Assembly (NCBI RefSeq): GCF_042660085.1
Contig: NZ_JBHSTI010000008.1
Span: 1,959,876-1,991,875 of the forward strand
Source of the DNA: Longivirga aurantiaca
GTDB taxonomy: Bacteria > Actinomycetota > Actinomycetes > S36-B12 > CAIYMF01
DNA length: 32,000 nt
Direction: 5' to 3'
Below the pieces are notes generated by a model. That model was given only the letters and a program-made list of their open reading frames with translations, was not told the DNA's origin and did not search any database. Both the position numbers and the translations under genes were made by a program. This document shows positions 26,890 to 32,000 of the stretch, piece after piece (within the stretch, counting starts at the first letter, position 1; each line of letters starts with the position of its first letter).

Positions 26890-27051
26890 GTCATGCCGCA
26901 CAACGGGATCCGGAAGCGGGTCCGGCGGGGGATCCACCGGCGGCGCCGGCACGGGAGGCACGGGCGCTGGCTGCGGAACGGTCGTCGGGGGCACGTCCGG
27001 TCCGGGCTCGAACGGCGGCACGGGAGTCGTGACGCCTGGGTCCTGGGTCAT
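26884..27051 (-). CDS. Proline-rich 55-aa protein absent from the supplied ORF track
   Basis: MTQDPGVTTPVPPFEPGPDVPPTTVPQPAPVPPVPAPPVDPPPDPLPDPVVRHDV; AAGGAGA just upstream of ATG. Confidence 0.6.
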   Translation of the reverse strand: MTQDPGVTTPVPPFEPGPDVPPTTVPQPAPVPPVPAPPVDPPPDPLPDPVVRHDV

Positions 27052-27081
27052 GGCATCTCCTTCGGCGAGGCACCTCGGGAC

Positions 27082-27105
27082 TGCCCGACCACAGCGGAGC
27101 CAAAC
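27082..27105 (-). promoter_or_regulatory. SigF/SigB-type promoter candidate for the proline-rich 55-aa ORF
   Basis: Minus strand GTTT (27105-27102) - N15 - GGGCA (27086-27082). Confidence 0.6.
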
Positions 27106-27126
27106 AACGCGTCCGGTCGGCGAGGC

Positions 27127-28323
27127 CTAGCCAGCCGCGAAATCGTCCAGCCGGTCCGACGTAGGGCCCCAGCCGGGCTCGTCGGTCCGCGAAGCGACGG
27201 AGGCGGCGAGCGCGCGGGACATGGTGACCGCGGTGCCGTGGCGGTCGAACCGCTCGACGGCACGTCGGTGGGCCGACCACGACCAGGTGGAGCGGGCCGG
27301 CGTGTCACGACCCACCACGCGCAGCGCCCGGGCGAGGCGGCGTGGCTGGCCGGGCGGCAGCACGAGACCGGTGGTGCCGCTCTCGACGAGCTCGCGCACC
27401 CCCGCGACATCGCTGGCCACGAGCGGGGTCCCCGCCCACATGGCTGTGGCCAGCAGCGAGGTCTCGGGCCTGCCGTGCGGGACGGAGACGACGAGGTCAG
27501 AGGACCGGACCATGACCCGCAGACCCTCGCCAGTCGTGATGCGCACGAACCGGATCCGGTCGCCTGCCCGCAGCCCGGCGGCGAGCCTGGCCCAGCGCTC
27601 CACGGTGTGGCCGCCCGCTGCGGTCGCGGCGTCCACCGCCACGCAGAGCTTCATCTCCGGCAGCACCGCGACGGCACGGATCAGGTCGGCGACACCGGCG
27701 CCGCCCGCGCCCGCAGTCGTGAGGACCGACGTCGCGCACTCGGTCACCTCGCCGAGCGCCGGGGACCCGTGCGCCGGCATCGAGAGCTGCCACGGCACGA
27801 CCTCGCACCGGCCACCGTCGACACCCGCCCTCGCGAGGAGCTCGACCTCGGGCAGGGACCCGACGACGAACCCGTCCGCGTGCCGCGGCAGCCACGGGCC
27901 CACGCAGCCGGGTTCCGATCTGAGGTCGGTGGCCTCGGGGCACCACAGCCACGGGACGCGCAGGTCCGACGACACTCGATCGAGGGTCTCCGCAGCCCGA
28001 CGTCCGACGGCGAGAGCGACGTCGACCGACGCCGGGTCGAGGGCCGCGGCCAGGCCCCGTCGTGTCGAGCAGACGATGGCACCGGGACGGGACGGCCCCG
28101 GCGTTGTGCGCGCCTGCGCCATGCGGTCGAGCGCCTCGAGCGACGGCCCACCCTTCTGACCCCCGCGAGCGAGCGGACGACGGGCCTCCACCACGAGCAC
28201 CTCGTGCCCGAGCGCGGCGAGGTCGTCGGCCAGATCCTCGAGCGGACGGGCGAGGAGTGCCGGGACGCTGTCGCGGTCGGTGTCGGTGTCGTCGGGACGG
28301 TGCCTCACCAGTGCTACGCGCAT
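27127..28323 (-). CDS. Glycosyltransferase (GT4-like)
   Basis: MRVALVRHRPDD start, RFVRITTGEGLRVMVRSSDLVVSVPHGRPETSLLATAMWAGTPLVASDVAGVRELVESGTTGLVLPPGQPRRLARAL. Confidence 0.82.
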   Translation of the reverse strand: MRVALVRHRPDDTDTDRDSVPALLARPLEDLADDLAALGHEVLVVEARRPLARGGQKGGPSLEALDRMAQARTTPGPSRPGAIVCSTRRGLAAALDPASVDVALAVGRRAAETLDRVSSDLRVPWLWCPEATDLRSEPGCVGPWLPRHADGFVVGSLPEVELLARAGVDGGRCEVVPWQLSMPAHGSPALGEVTECATSVLTTAGAGGAGVADLIRAVAVLPEMKLCVAVDAATAAGGHTVERWARLAAGLRAGDRIRFVRITTGEGLRVMVRSSDLVVSVPHGRPETSLLATAMWAGTPLVASDVAGVRELVESGTTGLVLPPGQPRRLARALRVVGRDTPARSTWSWSAHRRAVERFDRHGTAVTMSRALAASVASRTDEPGWGPTSDRLDDFAAG

Positions 28324-28374
28324 GCCCGCACCTCCGTCGTCCTCGCGCTGTCCCGTCCGCACGACGTGCGTCGG

Positions 28375-28399
28375 GGTTTGGGTACATCCGGTGCGGGCA
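28375..28399 (+). promoter_or_regulatory. SigF/SigB-type promoter candidate
   Basis: GGTTT (28375-28379) - N15 - GGGCA (28395-28399), 43 bp upstream of the ATG at 28443. Confidence 0.6.
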
Positions 28400-28442
28400 T
28401 GGCCAGGGGGCCGAGTCCGACCCCGGCGCACAGGAGGCCTGC

Positions 28443-28649
28443 ATGACCAGCACCACGGCGACGTCCGCGTCGCCCACGCCCTACCAGACCGAGGGCACGG
28501 CGGAGAGCGCGACCGTGACCGGCCTGACGCTCGCTGCGGTGATGCTCGGGATCGTGCTGCTCACGGTCGTGGTCGGGCTGGTGATCCGGGGGCAACGCCG
28601 TCGACCGCCGGCGCCGCCGCACCGCAACCGTCCGTTCGCCAACCCCTGA
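28443..28649 (+). CDS. Small single-TM hypothetical protein
   Basis: MTSTTATSASPTPYQTEGTAESATVTGLTLAAVMLGIVLLTVVVGLVIRGQRRRPPAPPHRNRPFANP; AGGAGG upstream. Confidence 0.6.
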   Translation: MTSTTATSASPTPYQTEGTAESATVTGLTLAAVMLGIVLLTVVVGLVIRGQRRRPPAPPHRNRPFANP

Positions 28650-28825
28650 CCAGGAGCGGGCAGCCTCCGGGACCGCACCCGACCGGCCCGACAGCGCGAC
28701 AGACGTCATCACCACTCCGCTCTCTCACCGAGACCCGCGACCACGCGGTGTCACCCCTGTACCCGCCTCGGGTGATCGGCAAACCGCCCAGCGGACGCCG
28801 GTGGCCCCGACGACACGAGGACCTC

Positions 28826-29017
28826 ATGACAGACCCGACCAAGAACCACACCGGCACCGACGTACCCGAGACCGACGGGCTGACGCCGGCCGAGCAGCCG
28901 GAGCCGGAGGCCTCGTCGGACGGCGATGGCTCGTGGACGGCCGATCCGCAGACCCAGGACCCCGACGAGGACCGGTCCGTCGACGCTGTGATCCGCCGCA
29001 CCTCGCGCGAGGACTGA
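28826..29017 (+). CDS. Small acidic hypothetical protein
   Basis: MTDPTKNHTGTDVPETDGLTPAEQPEPEASSDGDGSWTADPQTQDPDEDRSVDAVIRRTSRED; GAGG upstream of ATG. Confidence 0.55.
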   Translation: MTDPTKNHTGTDVPETDGLTPAEQPEPEASSDGDGSWTADPQTQDPDEDRSVDAVIRRTSRED

Positions 29018-29060
29018 GCGCCCGCGGTCGGCGGACGGCAATGGAGGCCGCCCGCTGATC

Positions 29061-29085
29061 GGTTTGGCAGTGGCGGCTGCGGGTA
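29061..29085 (+). promoter_or_regulatory. SigF/SigB-type promoter candidate, consensus match
   Basis: GGTTT (29061-29065) - N15 - GGGTA (29081-29085), upstream of ATG 29123. Confidence 0.7.
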
Positions 29086-29122
29086 CCTCGATGGTCCCCA
29101 CCGAGCACAGAGGAGTCCGAGC

Positions 29123-30274
29123 ATGAGGATCGCGCTGATGGCTCCGCCCTGGTACGCCGTACCGCCTCGTGCGTACGGCGGGGTCGAGCTCCTCGTCTCG
29201 GGCCTCGCGGACGGTCTCGTCGCGAGCGGGCACCAGGTGCTCCTCGTGTCGGCCGGCGCCCACGGCACGCTTGCTCAGGGGTACCGCACCCTCGACGCCC
29301 CCTCGCCCGACCGGCTCGGCGACGAGGTCGTCTCGCTCCTGCACGCCAGCATCGGCGAGGACGCGCTGCGTGACTTCGACCCCGACGTCGTCAGCGACCA
29401 CACGCTGCCGGGGCTTTCCGCCGCGGAGCACCGCAGCTGCCCCACCGTCGCCACCGTGCACGGCCCGCTGCACGGGGCGTACGCCCGCCTCGTACGGCGC
29501 GCGGACAGCGCGGACCTCATCGCGATCTCCGAGGCCCAGCGACGCAGCGCACCGGACATCTCCTGGCGGGCGACCGTGCCGAACGGGATCCCGGTGCAGT
29601 CGTACCCGTTCTCCGATCGCAAGGACGACATGCTGTTCTTCCTCGGCCGCATGCACCCCGACAAAGGCGTCGCGCAGGCCATCGAGGTCGCCGAACGCTC
29701 CGGCTCACGGCTCGTGATCGCGGCGCGGATCCACGGCCGCGAGGAGGAGGGCTACTTCGAGACCGTGGTGCGTCCGCGCCTCTCCCCGACCATCGAGTTC
29801 GCGGGCGAGGTGGGCTTCGGCGACAAGGTACGTCTGCTCGGCTCGGCCAAGGCCCTGCTGTTCCCGCTGCAGTGGGAGGAGCCGTACGGCCTCGTGGTGG
29901 CCGAGGCGCAGGCCTGCGGCACACCTGTGCTGTCTCTTGCGCGCGGCGCCATCCCTGAGCTCGTGCAGCACGGCACCACCGGCTGGGTACGCGACCACCA
30001 CCTCGAGCTGGTGGAGGACGTCGCCCGACTCGACGAGCTGTCCGCGCGCGACTGCCGAACGCATGCCCTCGACCACCTCGACATCGGCCGGACCGTGCGC
30101 GGTTACGAGGCCGTGTTCGCCACGACGGTGGCCTCGGGCGCCAACCGTGCCCGGCCCCAACGCCTCCCCCTACCGCCTCGACAACGCGGCCATGAGCCGC
30201 TCGCCGACGTACGGACCGCGGCCGTCGACCTGACGTTGCGGGTGCCCCAGCTCATCCCCAAGGAGAACTCATGA
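29123..30274 (+). CDS. Glycosyltransferase family 4
   Basis: MRIALMAPPWYAVPPRAYGGVELLVSGLADGLVASGH, FLGRMHPDKGVAQAIEVAERSGSRLVIA, LFPLQWEEPYGLVVAEAQACGTPVLSLARGAIPELVQHGTTG. Confidence 0.92.
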   Translation: MRIALMAPPWYAVPPRAYGGVELLVSGLADGLVASGHQVLLVSAGAHGTLAQGYRTLDAPSPDRLGDEVVSLLHASIGEDALRDFDPDVVSDHTLPGLSAAEHRSCPTVATVHGPLHGAYARLVRRADSADLIAISEAQRRSAPDISWRATVPNGIPVQSYPFSDRKDDMLFFLGRMHPDKGVAQAIEVAERSGSRLVIAARIHGREEEGYFETVVRPRLSPTIEFAGEVGFGDKVRLLGSAKALLFPLQWEEPYGLVVAEAQACGTPVLSLARGAIPELVQHGTTGWVRDHHLELVEDVARLDELSARDCRTHALDHLDIGRTVRGYEAVFATTVASGANRARPQRLPLPPRQRGHEPLADVRTAAVDLTLRVPQLIPKENS

Positions 30275-30582
30275 AGAAGCTCATCCTGATCGGCATCGGC
30301 GGAGCCATCGGCTACGTGCTCGGCGCCCGCGCCGGACGACCCGCGTACGACCGGCTCCGCGACGGCTGGCAGGGCCTCACCCGCCGCGCAGGGCTCGACG
30401 ACCTCGCCACCACGGCCAAGGAGGCAGCCGTGGACGTCCGTGACGTCGCCGCCGAGCGTGCATCCGACGCCATGTCCAAAGGCGCCGACGACCTCGCCCG
30501 GCGCATCGACAACCTCGCGCCGAACCGCAGCAACGACGCGCACCGCACAGGGTCTGACCTCCCCCTTCCCTCCGGTCCGTGA
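30271..30582 (+). CDS. YtxH-like small protein
   Basis: MKKLILIGIGGAIGYVLGARAGRPAYDRLRDGWQGLTRRA; 4-bp overlap with the preceding gene. Confidence 0.65.
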   Translation: MKKLILIGIGGAIGYVLGARAGRPAYDRLRDGWQGLTRRAGLDDLATTAKEAAVDVRDVAAERASDAMSKGADDLARRIDNLAPNRSNDAHRTGSDLPLPSGP

Positions 30583-30643
30583 CCGGCAGGCCTCGGACGA
30601 CCGGGCGCGTTTGCCGGGCACCGTCAGCGGGCATCCAGCGGGC

Positions 30644-30835
30644 ATGACCGAGCAGATGCACGAGCCGGACGCCGTGGCCGACGAGAAGGCACGCGCCCAG
30701 AAGGTCGAGCGCGAGGCCCTCGCCGACGGCGGCGGCCGTGCCTCGCCCGCCGACGAGGCAGCCGACGACGAGTCGAGCTATTCCACCGAGGCGGAGCAGG
30801 GCGCTGCTCAGCCCACCCCCGACGGCCGGCACTGA
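30644..30835 (+). CDS. Small acidic hypothetical protein
   Basis: MTEQMHEPDAVADEKARAQKVEREALADGGGRASPADEAADDESSYSTEAEQGAAQPTPDGRH; start inferred. Confidence 0.4.
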   Translation: MTEQMHEPDAVADEKARAQKVEREALADGGGRASPADEAADDESSYSTEAEQGAAQPTPDGRH

Positions 30836-30850
30836 CCACTGCGTCACCCA

Positions 30851-30875
30851 GGTTTAGCCCTGGCCTGCCAGGGAA
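30851..30875 (+). promoter_or_regulatory. SigF/SigB-type promoter candidate
   Basis: GGTTT (30851-30855) - N15 - GGGAA (30871-30875), upstream of ATG 30924. Confidence 0.55.
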
Positions 30876-30923
30876 CCGCTGAGGTCGCGCCACCGGACGG
30901 GTGGCGGAAAAAAGGAGAAGGAC

Positions 30924-31193
30924 ATGCTCTGGTTCATCATCGTCACCATCGTGATCGGCTTCGTGGCCGGTCTCATCGCCCGTGCGATCCTGCCCGGCAA
31001 CGACTCGATGGGTCTCCTGGCGACGACCGCCCTCGGCATCGTGGGGTCGCTGCTCGGCGGCTTCCTCGGATACCTGATCACGGGTAGCGACCGCGCGGAC
31101 GGCGCGTTCCAGACGTCCGGGCTCATCGGCTCGGTGATCGGCGCGGTCCTCGTGCTGCTGCTGGTCCGGATGCTGCGTCGTGCTCGCGCCTGA
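30924..31193 (+). CDS. GlsB/YeaQ/YmgE-family stress membrane protein
   Basis: MLWFIIVTIVIGFVAGLIARAILPGNDSMGLLATTALGIVGSLLGGFLGYLI; GGAGAAGG upstream. Confidence 0.93.
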   Translation: MLWFIIVTIVIGFVAGLIARAILPGNDSMGLLATTALGIVGSLLGGFLGYLITGSDRADGAFQTSGLIGSVIGAVLVLLLVRMLRRARA

Positions 31194-31767
31194 CCGGGGC
31201 GTCACGCCCCTGCGCCCCGCCGAGGACTTCATCCGCGACGTCGAGGCGTTGCGCACCCAGGCCCGGGAGAACCTCGACCGGGGCGCGGTCTCCGCGGCGT
31301 ACGGCGCGGACCTCGAGCGGGTCGTGCAGATGCTGCAGACGGCGCTTGCCACCGAGCTGGTCTGCGTCCTGCGCTATCGCCAGCACCACTACGCCGCCAC
31401 GGGTATGGACGCCGAGCCGATCGCGGCGGAGTTCCTCGCCCACTCCGAGGAGGAGCTGGGGCACGCCGGCCTCATCGCCGCGCGCATCAGCCAGCTCGGG
31501 AGCAACCCGGACTTCTCGCCGTCCACCCTCGAGGGGCGGGCGCACAGCGAGTACGTCGAGGCCGACTCGCTGCGCGCGATGGTCACGGAGAACCTCGTGG
31601 CCGAGCGGGTGGCCGTCGCCGCGTACACCGACATCATCGAGTGGCTCGGGTCGTCCGACCCGACCACCCGGCGCATGCTCGAGCAGATCCTCGCCGTGGA
31701 GGAGGAGCACGCCGACGACCTCGCCTCGATGCTCGACGGCCTTCCGGCAGCGACCGGCCCGGCCTGA
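31180..31767 (+). CDS. Ferritin-like / bacterioferritin-type protein
   Basis: LATELVCVLRYRQHHY, EFLAHSEEELGHAGLIAARISQLG, ENLVAERVAVAAYTDII, ILAVEEEHADDLASML carboxylate/His ligands. Confidence 0.85.
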   Translation: MLAPDRGVTPLRPAEDFIRDVEALRTQARENLDRGAVSAAYGADLERVVQMLQTALATELVCVLRYRQHHYAATGMDAEPIAAEFLAHSEEELGHAGLIAARISQLGSNPDFSPSTLEGRAHSEYVEADSLRAMVTENLVAERVAVAAYTDIIEWLGSSDPTTRRMLEQILAVEEEHADDLASMLDGLPAATGPA

Positions 31768-31812
31768 TCGACGCGCCGGCATCCCCGGCGCGAACCACTC
31801 TGGAGGCACACC

Positions 31813-31968
31813 ATGATCATTCTCGGACTCATCCTCGTGATCGTCGGCTGGCTCACCAGCACCTCGATCCTCATCACCCTCGGGGCCATCCTCGCGGTGG
31901 TCGGCGTGGTGCTCGCGCTGCTCGGCGGCACGGGCCGCCCGGTGGCCGGCAGGGCGCACTGGTACTAG
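31813..31968 (+). CDS. Small two-TM hydrophobic protein (51 aa), absent from the supplied ORF track
   Basis: MIILGLILVIVGWLTSTSILITLGAILAVVGVVLALLGGTGRPVAGRAHWY; GGAGG upstream of ATG. Confidence 0.75.
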   Translation: MIILGLILVIVGWLTSTSILITLGAILAVVGVVLALLGGTGRPVAGRAHWY

Positions 31969-32000
31969 GAGGACCTGAGCCTCGCACGACCTGGCTCACC

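Noticed and set aside
26872-28446. 524-aa plus-strand ORF opposite the glycosyltransferase
   Set aside because: Composition not protein-like and overlaps the motif-supported minus-strand glycosyltransferase and the Pro-rich ORF.
30609-30633. GTTT-N16-GGGCA upstream of the 30644 ORF
   Set aside because: Spacer is 16 rather than 15 and the start codon is only about 10 nt from the -10; too weak to count with the other five.
1-32000. Search for CRISPR arrays, tRNA/rRNA genes, insertion sequences, phage or defence modules
   Set aside because: No regularly spaced repeats, cloverleaf, transposase, integrase or recognisable defence proteins were seen; gene content is core-like plus a stress island.

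Overview
A 32 kb high-GC chromosomal segment, almost certainly actinobacterial. I found no convincing mobile element, CRISPR array, rRNA or tRNA.

Left part (1-12135): tail of a FAD-type oxidoreductase, cyanophycinase/peptidase-E-like protein, aldo/keto reductase, lipB, lipA, a DUF4191-type protein, HhH protein, a degraded MerR-like/HASRH-motif locus, an RDD protein, a KimA-like APC permease, a KdpD/KdpE-like two-component pair and glnA.

Middle (12212-22172): LuxR-type ATPase regulator, ArsB/NhaD-type permease with a coupled CBS protein, ornithine cyclodeaminase-family protein, NAD-malic enzyme, and a thioredoxin/rhodanese/CPVC-membrane-protein module behind a strong CsoR/CstR-like operator.

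Right part (22227-31968): MFS transporter, alpha/beta hydrolase, then a dense stress island (RsbW-like kinase, STAS protein, SRPBCC, CsbD, proline-rich peptide, two glycosyltransferases, YeaQ/GlsB, ferritin-like protein and several small proteins).

Most interesting non-coding signals:
(1) five promoters of identical architecture, GTTT-N15-GGG(T/C/A)A, in the stress island beside an anti-sigma/anti-anti-sigma pair;
(2) four 11-bp GCGTCARG repeats in front of the KimA-like/KdpDE-like cluster;
(3) a four-unit 11-bp GAAAC-type array before glnA;
(4) CsoR/CstR-like palindromes before the thiol module and the malic enzyme gene;
(5) an exact 45-bp tandem duplication inside lipB;
(6) near-identical terminator hairpins and long intergenic stem-loops.

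Two small proteins (55 aa and 51 aa) fall below the supplied ORF track's cutoff.
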